Origin: Guillardia theta CCMP2712
Taxonomy: Eukaryota; Protista; Cryptophyta
DNA length: 60,164 nucleotides
Reading direction: 5' to 3'
NCBI RefSeq assembly: GCF_000315625.1
Contig: NW_005434645.1
Coordinates: forward strand, 155,247-215,410
The translations under genes and the position numbers were made by a program. The notes under the pieces are model-generated. The model saw only the letters and a list, made by a program, of their open reading frames with translations. It did not search any database and had not been told where the DNA came from. Below, in pieces: positions 37,179-51,200 of this stretch (its first letter is position 1; each line of letters begins with the position of its first letter).

Positions 37179-38740
37179 AGCGAAAGTTTTCATCCCTCCG
37201 GGAGGGTCGAGAACGCCGGTCATCGACGTGCAGGACGTCCTGCGCAGGATGCGGTAGGAGGAGGGAAGGTGGGCAGAGCGAGCCCCGAGCTCTTGACTGC
37301 TTCATGTACTTTTTGGGGTTGTTGATTTTCTTGTCTGTTGTGCTTTCTCCTCCAAAATGAATCAATCGTGAAGGGAACAGCATGACTGTGAAGTGCGAAA
37401 TCGTCACTTGCATCATGGAGCAAACCAAGACTACATGGCAGTCAAAGACACGACGACTCTTGTAGCTGACTGATGACCACTGGCGCTGAGCGCTGGCAGC
37501 CCAGGAGCCTGGAGGGAGGCCCCGGGCCCCGCGGCGATCTCCGACTGGTCCAGTCACTCACTCCTGGTAGAGATTTGCACCACCCTTGTATCGTGTGCTC
37601 GGTGGAGGGACTCACTGTAGTAGTACGAGACAACCTGCCTCAGAGTACCAATAGGCTCGCTTCCGGGGCAGCGCGACATTCCCAGGGCAGCTACATACGA
37701 GTAAGGGAGGAGGCAGCAATGCATCAAGTCCGTTGACATGTGGCTCTAGCTAGAGCTAGGTTTGACTAGCTTGACTAGCTCAGTCGCTCAGCGAGTTTGT
37801 GAGACTTGACTTGTTCGTTCCTGAATGCATCAATACAACCTAGATCTGTGTCTGGAGACATAGCAAAGAATATCCGCGTCCTCTCGCCGATCATCTGCTG
37901 TTCTTCCTGTCCCCTAGCCCAGCTCGCCGGCCCCTGAAGATCGCACCGGAGGGAGGAGGAGGAGGCGTCTTGGGCTGCGACATCATGTCACTCTCCCCCT
38001 CTCATGCTCTCTGACCTGACCTGAAAGTTGGCAGCAGCAGCAGGTAAAAACGCTTGCTCCTCCATCGCTTCGCCCTCTGGCTTCCTGGTGGCCTGAAGTT
38101 CCATCAGAGCCGTCCGGGCAAGAGAGGACAGAGGACAGAGGATGAGAGGGAGGAGGAGGAGAGGGAGGGAGGGAGGAGGAAGTGAAGGTGTTGTAGACGC
38201 ACCCCCAGCTGTTGCTTCTTTCCTTTTTCCTCCTCTAGGGCGCGAAGGAGTTTGACGACATGGCTGTGCCCCTGCCGCCTGATCAGCAGATAGCGAGTGG
38301 GCAGCATGTGAGGAGGAGGAGGAGGAGGAGGAGGAGGAGGAGGAGGAGGAGGAGGAGGAGGAGGAGGAGGAGGAGGAGGAGGAGGAGGAAGAGCAGCAGC
38401 AGCAGCAGCAGCTGGAAGAAGAAGAATCATGCTCTGAATCTGTTTGTAGCTCCTCAGTCGCAAGAGGACCTGCTCCTGTTCCAGTCAACTTTCGAGAAGC
38501 ACATGAAGAGAGTCTCGTCGTCCCATCAGTCAAGTCAGGAGGATGGCGAGGCTGCGGAGGGAGGAGAACCGACAGCTGACGGCCTCTCGGACGATACAAC
38601 GTCCTCCTCCTCCTGGACAACAGACTCCTCCAAGCTCATCGCAAGTATGAGGGACGAGATGAACTTTCTGTTCGTCCGCAAGAACTTGAAGGAGATGAGA
38701 GAGCATGCAAGATTGCTGCTAACCAGTATGCGAATCATCT

Positions 38741-38975
<235 letters not shown>

Positions 38976-39627
38976 TCGCTACTTTCTTCGAGACGCCGCC
39001 TGCATCGGACAGCCACACAAACTTTAACTTTAGAACTTTACACATAAACTTTCCCCACAAACTTTCAAACTCTCCCAAAGTGTTTTGAACCCCAGAAAGA
39101 CAACAATCGTACCCCACCCCCCTCACATCACCACCCCACCCCTTGAAACGCTCACACCCCTCCGATCCCTGAATGAAATGACTCGGTAAGGTTGTACCCA
39201 CCCCACCCTATGTCCATGGGTACCCCTCCTCAAAGGCTCCAATCTNNNNNNNNNNNNNNNNNNNNNNNNNNNNNNNNNNNNNNNNNNNNNNNNNNNNNNN
39301 NNNNNNNNNNNNNNNNNNNNNNNNNNNNNNNNNNNNNNNNNNNNNNNNNNNNNNNNNNNNNNNNNNNNNNNNNNNNNNNNNNNNNNNNNNNNNNNNNNNN
39401 NNNNNNNNNNNNNNNNNNNNNNNNNNNNNNNNNNNGTGTTGCCGTTCTCCCTCGCTTCCAGTCTGAAGGGGAGGGAGGGAAGAAGACAGGACAAGTGATG
39501 ATGATGTTGAGGGGGGGAGGAAGGAAAGTAGAGGAGGAGGAGGAAGAGGAGGAGGAGGAGGAGGAGGGAGGGAGGAAGGAGGAGGAAGGAGTCAGCACAT
39601 GGAGGAACCAGCATGGACAGGCTCTTA

Positions 39628-40529
39628 CATGTTCGCCCCGTGCTTCCTGAGAGCTTCGAGCCTCGTCACATCCCCCTGGTGCGCTGCTGCAAAGATCTTC
39701 TGGTCGCTGACATCCAGGTGTTCCTCCTTGTCCTGCACTGCGACTGACGCGCCGCAGTGGGAGCAGGGGAAGAACATGCGGCAGCATCGAAGCTCGTGCA
39801 GCTGCAGGTTGGCCTTGGGGATGAACTCCCTGCAGAAGCTGAGGAGGGGTCAGATGCTGACTGGGACGGGAGGGGGGTTAGAGGAGAAGAGGAGGAGTGA
39901 ATGCGGGAGGGAAAGTTGAAGCAGGAGCACGGTTCAGAGAAAGGAGGAGGAGTGTGGGACGGCAGAATGAGCAGGTAAGAGAAGAGGGAGAGAGGAGAAG
40001 AGGGAGAGGGAGGGGGGAGGTGGAAGCAAGCTCCTCACCTGCAGACCGCCTGATCCGGTCGGAGGTTCTCCTCTCCTCCAGCTTGCTCCGCCACGTTCTC
40101 CCTCGACTTGCGGTTGGTGATGTCGCTCAGGGTGCGGGCGTGTGGCGGCTTCGAGCCATTCTTGTAGAACTTCTTCTGAAACTTCATCAGCGTGAAGACA
40201 AGATCGTTCCTGTTCCTTTTCATGGCGATCTGAAGTGGTGTGTCCAGGATCGCGTTCCGGATCGTCATGTCAGCCTTGCTCTCCAGCAGCAGCCTCGTCG
40301 CCATCGCATGCCCTCCCCGCACCGTCACGTGGAGCAGCCGGTCAGACAGCTGGTTGCTCGCATCGACGTCTCCTCCTCCCTCAATGTATCGACGCAAGGA
40401 CTCTACATCTCCCTGCTCAGCTGCAGAGAACGCTTCCTCCACGCTCACATCCCCCTTGGACTCTCTTGCACTTCCCCCCGCCTTGTTCGCCTCGCTGTCC
40501 TGCCAGACCCGCATGGTCCCGACTGACAT
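39628..40529 (-). CDS. Ankyrin-repeat protein with TRAF/XAF1-type zinc finger (3' part lost in the gap or continuing near 38200)
   Basis: AAEQGDVESLRRYIEGGGDVDA, LLHVTVRGGHAMATRLLLESKADMTIRN, DTPLQIA; next exon C(R)FCREFIPKANLQLHELRC..CSHCG..EEHL then AAHQGDVTRLEALRKHGAN. A possible later exon GHSHVVKLL lies near 38270. Confidence 0.8.
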
Positions 40530-41119
40530 GGTCCCGGTTTCACGTCATCACTATCTGCATTGTTACTTCACAACGTTGAAAACACAAGGCTAGAGGAAAG
40601 AATGAAAAAAAAAAAAAAGATAGCCCTCACTCACCTTGTTTCAATGCACGATGTCCGCCAAACCCAACCAAGCATTCATTTAGGAAATGCCTTGCCAGAC
40701 AACTGTCGACAAAGGATTTCATCATCATAGCAGGAAATACTTTCACAAGACAGACAAAAAAAGATTGTTGTCACAACATCAAGAAGCCAAGAAAGCGCTG
40801 ACTTCATTTTGATTTTCTTCGGGCATTTGTGTGATAACATCAGAATGAAACTAACTCTGCTTGATCTTCACCACTAATCATCAAATCGCTCCTATCTATC
40901 CTGTCTTCGCTTGCCTCGCTGAACATCCCCTACCCTTTTCATTATGCTCTCTTAATCCTTGTTTCATCTTTGCATCTAATCTCGATGCTGACATTCCTTC
41001 CTTACATCTCACCTCTCAACCCTCTACTCTCCTCCACCACATTCCCCCCATCTCCGCTCCCCACGCGCTGCTCCCACCCGCCGCCCTGTCCGTTCAGGCG
41101 TGCATCTTTTGAAAAAATG

Positions 41120-41620
41120 CGTGGGGGTTTCTTATCTGATGGTCTTGAGAGAGGGGTAGGGTCCAGAATTGTGGGAACGGGTAGGTAGGGGTGGTCAAGT
41201 ATGAATTCATACTCGAAAGTCAATGGGTGGATGTCCGGGGGTGGGGTGGTGAAAGGTCTTGAACCGCAAGGTAGTGGAAACGACTTCAGGAGGGGTACCA
41301 TCGACTGTTTCCCGAGGGGGTAGGGTAGTGTGTTAACGTACGGCAACGAGACTGGAACAATTTGGTACAGGTAGGGAGCAGCTCAGTCAGGGGGTGGGGT
41401 GGGGTACTCCAGTCAATAGGCCAGCGCCTCAGTCGTCCGGACTCCGGATGCGAACTCGGAACCCGATCGCCCGGGGCCCGCCGGCCGGGCGCAAGGAAAC
41501 CGTTGGAAAGTACCCTTTACTGAAAGTTAAGTTAAAAATCAGTACGAAAGTACCGTATGGGATCAAGTCAAGGAATACAACTTGAACGGTACGAGTATAT
41601 TAGACTTGTACTATGACAAA
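41120..41620. promoter_or_regulatory. Intergenic element of the same architecture upstream of the ankyrin gene
   Basis: G-run arm, GC core 41420-41495, AAGTTAAAAATCAGTAC at 41529-41545. Confidence 0.45.
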
Positions 41621-41639
41621 GAAATGCAAATGTCACTGT

Positions 41640-43928
41640 GAGTAGTGGATGAAAGGGACGCGACTCTGGCAGGCAGATCCGTTGATATTGATTTTCACTG
41701 ACACACACACACAGAGTTCTCCCTTCTGCCTCTTCCTCCCTCCGACCGGACTGACTGAGTCCCCCGACTCGGTCCCGCGGCCTTCCGGCCGAACTTTGAG
41801 TGCCTCAGCATTACTTGGAGCCTTCGCTGCTCTCGCTGTTGTCCTCGTTCCCCTTGCCCGCGTCGATCCTCTCATCCGTCCTCATTCCTGTTCCGCACAC
41901 CGTCATCCCGACATTCGCAAACCCCCCCCCTCCTCCTCCTCCCTCCACCACCACCTCTTCCTCCTCCTCTCTCACCATCTTATCAATGCGCGATATCCGC
42001 TCGATGAAGAGAGCGGCACGAGCCAAAGAGGCGAAGTACTTCTTCTTGCCGCGATGTTTGGCTAGCGTCCTCTGAGGAAGAGGTTGAGAACGGAGATGGG
42101 GAGAGAGGGGGAGAGAGGAGGGAGAGGTGCTGACGAATGAGGGAGGGAGCGAGGAGAAGAGGAAGAGAAGAGAGGGGGGGGGGGACTTCNNNNNNNNNNN
42201 NNNNNNNNNNNNNNNNNNNNNNNNNNNNNNNNNNNNNNNNNNNNNNNNNNNNNNNNNNNNNNNNNNNNNNNNNNNNNNNNNNNNNNNNNNNNNNNNNNNN
42301 NNNNNNNNNNNNNNNNNNNNNNNNNNNNNNNNNNNNNNNNNNNNNNNNNNNNNNNNNNNNNNNNNNNNNNNNNNNNNNNNNNNNNNNNNNNNNNNNNNNN
42401 NNNNNNNNNNNNNNNNNNNNNNNNNNNNNNNNNNNNNNNNNNNNNNNNNNNNNNNNNNNNNNNNNNNNNNNNNNNNNNNNNNNNNNNNNNNNNNNNNNNN
42501 NNNNNNNNNNNNNNNNNNNNNNNNNNNNNNNNNNNNNNNNNNNNNNNNNNNNNNNNNNNNNNNNNNNNNNNNNNNNNNNNNNNNNNNNNNNNNNNNNNNN
42601 NNNNNNNNNNNNNNNNNNNNNNNNNNNNNNNNNNNNNNNNNNNNNTCCGCCGCCGCCCTTTGACATCTGTAGGGGAGGGTCAGGGCCAGTAAGGGAGAGG
42701 AGAGCGGAGGAGGAGGGAAGAGATGGGAGGAGGAGATAAAGACAGCAGGGAAGAGAGGAGAGGAGAGGAGAGGAGAGGAGAGGAGAGGAGAGGAGAGGAG
42801 AGGAGAGGAGAGGAGAGGGGGCTGGACAGAGATAAGAGGGGGTTTGGACAGCAGCAAGTTCAACTGACCTCATCGTTGACGCAGGCAGGAGACAGGAAGC
42901 CTGACAGGCGGATGTCTCTGCAGATAAGCTGTGCAAGGGTTCTCTTCTCTCCTGTGCTCCCGTCATCCTACACAAGAGGACAAGAGCTCTTCACCCCAGT
43001 AGCTCCAGTTGACGCTCCCGTGCGCGTGCTCGTCGTTCTCGGGGACTGGTCTTAAGTATGACTCCTCCACCTTGGTTGGCTGATCCTGCCCGACTTGCGG
43101 GGCCTCGAGCTTTGCGGGAGGGTCGCTAGACGTCTTGTCTTGGTCTCCCGCATTGTTGGCCAATTCTTCCCCAGCAGGTTGAGACGAGCTTTCTTGCTCC
43201 GAGGTCGGAGGACCTTGTACTGTCTTACCATCGTCCTCCATGAGCTTCAACGCTTGCTCGATATTGTGCTGTGAAGCCCTACGATGCTTCATACTCGCCT
43301 CCTGTCCAGAAAATCAGGGAGATGGTGGTGGTGGTCAAGAAGGTGGTGATGATGATAATGACGAAGAGGAGGAGGAAGTGCAAGATTAGCTACAGAAGGA
43401 CGAGCAGAACTCACCGAGTAGGCAGCCGGATCTCTCGCTTTCCTCGCAAACTCTGCTGCTTCGGCATCGGTCGTTGGGGGTCCATCGCCCACATACCCCA
43501 AGTCTGCCACAGGATGAGCAGCAGGATGAGTGGAACAGGGCTGGAGGCACAAGTCCAGAAGCTCACCAGGATGATACGCGCAGGACTCCGTTGACAGGTA
43601 CTCGATGCTGACGACGGAGGAGTCAGACCTGGTCCTCTGCACCTGCTCCTGCTCCTGCTTGTCGACCTTCTTTTCCTGGACCTGTTCCCATGCGTGAGGG
43701 CGCGAAGGCTCCATGGGAGCGCAGAGCTTCGTCACCTTGTCCGCCTCATCGTCGTGACGGGAGTTCGTGTCGGCACCTGCGTAAGAGGGGAGGGGGATGA
43801 GGGGAGGCAAAGACGAGGAGTGAAGAGACAGTCACCTTCCTTGACCACCTTCATGTTCCCGTCAACATTGAACTGAGAGGCGGGACTTGGTGCTTCGTCC
43901 TGCTTGATCACAATCACTTTTGACGTAG

Positions 43929-44011
<83 letters not shown>

Positions 44012-45400
44012 CGGTGACCAACACCATCGTCGACTGCGTCCGAGTCATCGAACGACAGAGACTCCGAGCTGCGATCATGCACGTCCGTCCTCTCTCCCCT
44101 CGTCCTCCCGCCCTTCGTCAAGTCATTCTTCTTGATCCTCGACATCCCGTCGCGGTCGGGCGCCCCTGACCTCGTGCTGCTGTAGGGCGAAGGAAGGTGG
44201 CCCGGGGTGCTGGGCTTCGAGTACGCAGGCGTCTGCGACCTCGACTGGGGCCTCTGCTGCTCCCGCTCGCTTGTACTCCTCAAGTCAGAGGACTCGACCA
44301 GTTTCTTGTCTCTGTGCACGAGGCTCCTCAGGTGATTCATCTCCGTCTGAATCTTCTGCTGCTCCCGCAGACACTCGATCATCTCCAGCCTCGCAGACTT
44401 CAAGCGCCGCTGCTGCAGGAACAGCCGCATCTGAGCCTTGTGAATAGCGTTCTTGGTCTCCTGGTCGTAAGAATCGCCCCTGTCTCGCAGCCCTGACCCG
44501 GACATGTCGCTCGATCGGTCATGGTGGAGGGTCTTGGCCTGTATCTGCGCGAACTTCTTTGCCTCTGTCAGCTCCCGTTTCACAGCCAGCTCCTTCTTCC
44601 TCCTCCTCTTCGCCATCACTCGCGCGTTCTCGAGCTGCGACCTGAGCTCGGTGCGAGCTTGCGAGACGTACTTCTTGAAGTCTTCCTCCAAGTGCTGCGC
44701 TACCTCTGCCTTCTCGCTGATGATCATGAAAGCGTTGTCCTTCGTCCTCGCCAGATCCTGCAACGCCCGGCTGACGGCTTCCTGCTTATCGTGTAGAATG
44801 TCCCGCCACGCCACCGACAGCTCCTGGTTGTCAAGAAGTTCGTTCACGTAGCTGTTCCAATCTGTGCTGTCACTCTCCCTGTTGGACAACACGGTCAGCA
44901 GCGAGCGAGACGACAGCATCCCCGCACCAGTCGTTGAGTCCGCCATACTCGTCGTAGTCGTTGGAAGAAGACAAGTTGGAACTGCTGGTATGCAGGCGGG
45001 AGGAGTCTACGTCAACGTAGGACCTGTGCAGCCATCAGCTTCTCCTCTCCTCCTCTGCCACTGCAAGGGAATTGTACCTCCCATCAAACTCTCCGGAGCT
45101 GTTTCGATACGGCTTCGCATACCTGAGACGGTCACTTAAGACACCAACTGGAACAAACAGTCGCAAGGACCACCTGTCCTCTTGTCTCGGCAGTCTCTCC
45201 CGACTGTCGGAGGGAGTTCCTCTCTTGTCGCGTATGGGAGAGGGAAAGGAGTTTCTCGGGAGCAAGGAGTTGCTCTGACGAATGTGTTCTGACCTCATCT
45301 CTCCTGCTCCACAAGAGCAGGGAACGCGTTTGTGCTCCTGGCACGTGACCATCACATTAAATTCCAAACACCCGGCATGCTCCCTCATTTGCTTCTACCG
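41640..45400 (-). CDS. Multi-exon hypothetical coiled-coil protein with polyQ tract (ends approximate)
   Basis: 404-codon ORF 43732-44946 with heptad-like segments and (CAG)n at 43930-44010; more GT/AG-bounded exons down to ~41.7 kb. Confidence 0.55.
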
Positions 45401-46162
45401 TCAACTGCCGTACCCCTTGCTCCTGCTGTCTTCTCATGTCCTTACAGCGTCCATGTCGTACTCCTCAAAGTCCTCCTCTTTGCTCTGCACGTCTCAACTG
45501 CACACTACTTTCGTTGCTCTCAAGAGCAACAAGCATGGACTTTTCCATACCATTGCCTCGTCTCACTCTTCCATCTACCGATCCCCTCCCCCATCCCCCC
45601 CACCTCTTCTTCCTCTCCTCTTCCTCTTCCTCTTCCTCTTCCACTTTCCCCCCTGCATGTTAACCGTCAGTCAAGCATTTAGCAGGCGTTTTCTTCTCCC
45701 CCTCCCTGTTAGGTACGAACTTCTCCCCGTGTTGTAGCACAGGTAGCACCTGGTCATACCATACGTACGGTTGTGATTAGGTACGATACGAACTGGTCTC
45801 TGATATGTCTCTATGACATAGTAGCAAAGTTCCTAGGACATAGTTTAAGTACGATAGCTCCTACAGCCAGGGCCAGACAGACAGTCATCTATAAGACCCA
45901 GTAAAGTACGCTAACACCAATGAAGTCCTAGCATCATAGGACCTTCCCTACGTATTACTTAGCCCATATCTTAGAGAGGGGGACTTCCGGGTCACCAACG
46001 GGGACTAGATGTGATGGCCCCCAGGACCACCCCCCACCCATCTCAGACACCGCCAAAGTACCCGTCACTTTGTGGTTCGAGGCTCCGGCCCGGCCAGTAG
46101 AAGGGAAGTTCAGTGAGAGGCCAATCCGGCGGCCGGCACCAGGCCCCGGGTACCGGACGAAG

Positions 46163-46352
<190 letters not shown>

Positions 46353-46367
46353 CTCCGGGAGCAACAC

Positions 46368-47730
46368 CTTGATCAAAGCATGGTCGAAAGCATTTTTTCG
46401 AACCGAATCCTCAAAATCTTCTTCTTCGAGGATCTTCGACTGCGTCAAATACACAAAAAAATCGCTGACCGCTTCTCCTCTCCCTGTCTTTCCCCCTCAA
46501 ATTTTCCCTCCTACTCTCCCTCTCGTTCTCCCCCTTCATCTGCCCTTCTCTTTCCCCCATCTCCCTCTCCATATCCTTCTCCCTCCTCACTCACCATGTT
46601 CATCGACATCAAGATGGAAAATTTCTCAACGCTGAAATACTCTTGCGCAACACCTTCACCTGCTTGAGCGGAAACATCTTCGACCCTCTCCTCCTCCTAT
46701 TTCACACTGTCAACAGATTCATCCATCTTCCCCACCATCTGCCGCTCGTTCCCTCCTCGTTGGTCTCCTCAGTTTTGCTACCCTTTGCTCATTTCTTCTC
46801 CTCTCTCCTCTCCTCTCCTCCCGGCTCCTCTCCTCTCCTCTTAACTCCTCTCCACTACACTTAATCACTAACACTCTAACCTCTCGGCTCTCCCCGTCTC
46901 CTCCCCTCCCCTCTCCTCTCCTCCTCCTCTCCTCTCTCTCTCTCCTCTCCTCTCCCTCCTCTCCTCTCCTCTCTTCTCTCCTCTCCTCCCGTCTCCTCTC
47001 CTCTCCTCTCCTCTCCTCTCCTCTCCTCTCCTCTCCTCTCCTCTCCTCTCCTCCTACCCTGAACGGAAGGGGCTCATATGACAACGGTTGCTGCAGCATG
47101 GATCGCTTCCATGGAACCCGCTGTGAAATGTTAGAGGAGAGAGGAGAGAAGGGAGAGGTGGGAGAGCAGGAGAACAAGTGGCTTCAGCATGAGGCACGGA
47201 CCTCTCGGAGCTTCGGGATCGTAGCTGCTGTCTGGTTGGCAAACACCTCCTTGGAGATCTTCTTCTCGATCCCCGTTGTCAACATCACACGCATCGCCCT
47301 GTCCTGCGCCGCCTGCTCCCTCCCCGCGAAGCTGCGGGGGCGACCGTAACCCAGCGGTTGCTGGTGAGTCTCGAACTTCTCCCTCATCTCTTGACGACGG
47401 TCGTCGGTGAGCTTCGCGTCCAACGTCGAGATCTTGATGTCGCTGAGCCTGCAGATCTCCGTCAACCCACCGCACAGCAGCAAGCGCACAGCAGCAGGGG
47501 CCTGCTCCCATGCCTGCCCTCGAGCTCTTTGACCATGGTTTGATCGCTGATGTGGTGGCGTTGTGGATAACTGGAGGAGTACAGTCCCATCAGCTGCCTC
47601 TCCACATCTTCACCGCTCTCCTACTCTCATCTTCTGCTTCAAAGTTCGCTCGTAAACGCGATGCTCCTGTTTATCCATGGGCCTTTGAAAGCGCCCATCG
47701 CAAGGATCCTCACCAGCACGCGGATCAGCA
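46368..47730 (-). CDS. Multi-exon hypothetical protein (partial, ends uncertain)
   Basis: Coding-like exons (LSDIKISTLDAKLTDDRRQEMREKF..IPKLRE; RVPWKRSMLQQPLSYEPLPFR; YLTQSKILEEEDFEDSVRKNAFDHALIK) with GT/AG borders. No family recognised. Confidence 0.45.
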
Positions 47731-48216
47731 GGCAGGAGCCATGATGGCCGGACAGCCTTGGCCGCCACGTTGTGCCATGTTGACTCACAATGTGCTTCTT
47801 AAACACGTTCCCGACCTCTCTTCCCCCTGATCCTGTTGGAGGAGGTGAGATGACAGATGTATACAGAGTTTGCCTTTGGTACACCTTCCTAGCTTATCTA
47901 CACTCCTTGCAGCGATCCCCCGCACAACTAATCGTTCTGGCATTCCGAGGGGGGGGGGGCGGCCGTGCCCGGCCCGGTGGGCGGCCGTGCCTCAGGGGCC
48001 AGGATGCAGCCGCCAGAGGCTGCCCCGGCCCGCGAGGCGCCTCGGCTCAGCCGGGCTCGGACCGACTGACCGTGACTCACTGTCAAGCAAGGCCTTGCTA
48101 CATACTCGGAAGCCTTTTATGTACGTCTCTGACGCTTCTGCTTATGAGTACCTGAGCCTATTCCTACGGATACTTTGAGCTTCAAGTACTGGACAGTGAA
48201 AGCCACTCAGCGCCCA

Positions 48217-51200
48217 TCACAAGCTTCCCCACACGAGCACTGTGGTGTCGTCTGATCCTGATACAAGCATGCTGCCGTCCTCCGACCATGCGACATCAGT
48301 CACGCTCTTGGTATGTCCTCGAAAGCACTTGATCTCCTTCCCGCTCCTCGCCTCCCACACCCTCACCGTGCAGTCGGATGATCCTGAGGCGAGAAAGCTC
48401 CCGTCCCTTGTCCATGCAAGGCAGGTGACGCTTCCTTCATGTCCCGTGCAGCAGCTCACTCTCCTGCCGCTGCTCATCTCCCACACCCTCACAGTCTTGT
48501 CCTCTGACCTCGACGCGAGCATGCTCCCGTCTCTCGACCATGCCACACCAGTGACTTGGTCCTGATGTCCCTTCAGCCACCGCCACTGCTTGCTGCTCCT
48601 CACTTCCCACACCCTCACAGTGAAGTCCGATGAACCTGCAGCTAACAACTTGTCATCCTGAGACCACGTCGCATCTGTGACTATCACGAGATGCTCTTCA
48701 AAGCATCTCAACATCTCGCCGCTGCTCATGTCACATACACTCACTTGCCCTTCAGACGTGTGGGTCGCAAGCATGCTCCCATCGTTTGACCAAGCAATGC
48801 GCGTCAATCTGTGTCCTTGCAAGCATCTGATTTGTTTACAGCTGCTTCTCTCCCACACCCTGACCGAGCTGTCCCATGACAAGGCAGCGATCAACTTGCC
48901 ATCCTTCGACCACGCAACCTTTCTGACAACAGATACGTTTCCCTCAAAGTGTCCTATCTCCTTCCCGCCAGGTTCTTCCCATGCTCTGACCGTGAAGTCG
49001 GATGCTCCTGCAGCTATCATCATGCCCCCTTCTTCAGACCACATAACGCTTATGATACTGTTTTCATCTTCTTCCGTGCACCACACCTCGTTGCCGCTGC
49101 TTGCCTCCCATGCTCTGACCGTACCGTCCGATGACCCCGCGACCATCCAGTCTTGGTAGCGCCCGCTCACATTCGTCAAGGCGAGGCACGTGATGCTGCT
49201 GCCTTGTCCCTTGAAGCACCATACCTGCTGGCCGCTGCTTGGCTCCCATGCTCTGACCGTACCGTCCGATGACCCCGCGACTATGCGGTATTGGAAGCTC
49301 TCGCTCACGTTCAAGCTAGTCAAGGCGAGACACGTGATGCTTCTGCCTTGTCCCTTGAAGCACCATACCTCGTTGCCGCTGCTTGCCTCCCATGCTCTGA
49401 CCGTACCGTCCGATGACCCCGCGACTATGCGGTATTGGTAGCGCCCGCTCACATACAAGCTAGTCAAGGCGAGACACGTGATGCTTCTGCCTTGTCCCTT
49501 GAAGCACCGTACCTCGTTGCCGCTGCTTGCCTCCCATGCTCTGACTGTACCGTCCGATGACCCCGCGACTATCCAGTCTTGGTAGCTCCCGCTCACGTTC
49601 AAGCTGATCGAGGCAAGGCACGTGATGCTGCTGCCTTGTCCCTTGAAGCACCATACCTGCTGGCCGCTGCTTGGCTCCCATGCTCTGACCGTACCGTCCG
49701 ATGACCCCGCGACTATCCAGTCTTGGTTGCTCCCGCTCACGTTCAAGCTAGTCAAGGCGAGGCACGTGATGCTGCTGCCTTGTCCCTTGAAGCACCATAC
49801 CTCGTTGCCGCTGCTTGCCTCACATGCTCTGACCGTACCGTCCGATGACCCCGCGACTATGCAGTATTGGTTGCTCCCGCTCACGTTCAAGCTAGTCAAG
49901 GCGAGGCACGTGATGCTGCTGCCTTGTCCCTTGAAGCACCATACCTCGTTGCCGCTGCTTGCCTCACATGCTCTGACCGTACCGTCCGATGACCCCGCGA
50001 ATATGCAGTATTGGTAGCGCCCGCTCACGTTCAAGCTGATCGAGGAGAGGCACGTGATGCTGCTGCCTTGTCCCTTGAAGCACCATACCTGCTGGCCGCT
50101 GCTTGCCTCCCATGCTCTGACCGTACCGTCCGATGACCCCGCGACTATGCAGTATTGGTAGCTCCCGCTCACGTTCAAGCTGATCGAGGCAAGCAACGTG
50201 ATGCTTCTGCCTTGTCCCTTGAAGCACCGTACCTCGTTGCCGCTGCTTGGCTCCCATGTTCTCAACGCGGCATCATCTGTCAGTGCTGCAATCACTTCCA
50301 GTTTCGGAGAGACCATTACGTTCTTGATCTTGCTTGTATGATCTGTAAAACATCTGATCTCTCCCCATGTCGTATACACACTCGCATCCTCCCTTGCAAA
50401 TGGTGAGCTGGTTAGGACCGGATTGACCCTTGAATGCAAATGTCTGTTGATTGATGTTTCAACTCTTGCTTGGTCTACTTTCACTGTCAGCACATCTTCA
50501 CTATCTGACAAACACTCACCTGCTGATGTGCGGGGGGGTAAAGGGGGCAACATCTGGTTGCGGTCTACGAGCAAACTGATGGCTACAGCAGCAGCAGTCG
50601 GCCTAGTCAACTCATCGTAGTCTAGACAGCATAGGGAGAGCTGCTTCCACACTTGATCGCCTGGCAACCCTTTCAACACTTCAGCTTGCTCCTCTCTGCT
50701 TGCTGGCGGCTTCTCTCTGGTCATCACATACATCATGACAAGACCGAGGGAGTACACATCCGACGCAAAGCTCGCAGTCCCTCCCGTCCTTTGCTTTGGG
50801 GACATCCAGCACAAGTCTCCTTGCTTCACCGACCCTGTCGCCCTCGCGATCAGCTGCCTTGTCTTGTGGAGCTCAAACCCCACGAGCTTCGCCATGTCGT
50901 CAGCCTCAACCATCACATTTTTCGGCTGCAAGTCTCCGTGTACCATGCCGAGCAAATGCAGGTACGCAAGCCCGTTCGCCAGCCCTTGGATCACCGCACG
51001 CCCTCGAGCCTCTTGCTCGCTCGCATCGGCAGGTTTGAGAATCAGGTCCACGAAGCGATCGAGGGGCTGCTGCTGCATCTCCGTCAACAGCAGGTACCAA
51101 GGGTCTCCATGCTCGTCCGACAGGATGGCGCCGACAAGGCGAACGACGTTGAGGTGAGACATGCTGAACAGAAGCTTCGTCTCTCGCAAGAACTCCTTGC

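Noticed and set aside
37300-38740. Separate gene(s) between the GPI-type gene and the (CT)n tract
   Set aside because: Only short ORFs of ambiguous strand; I could not build a consistent exon chain.
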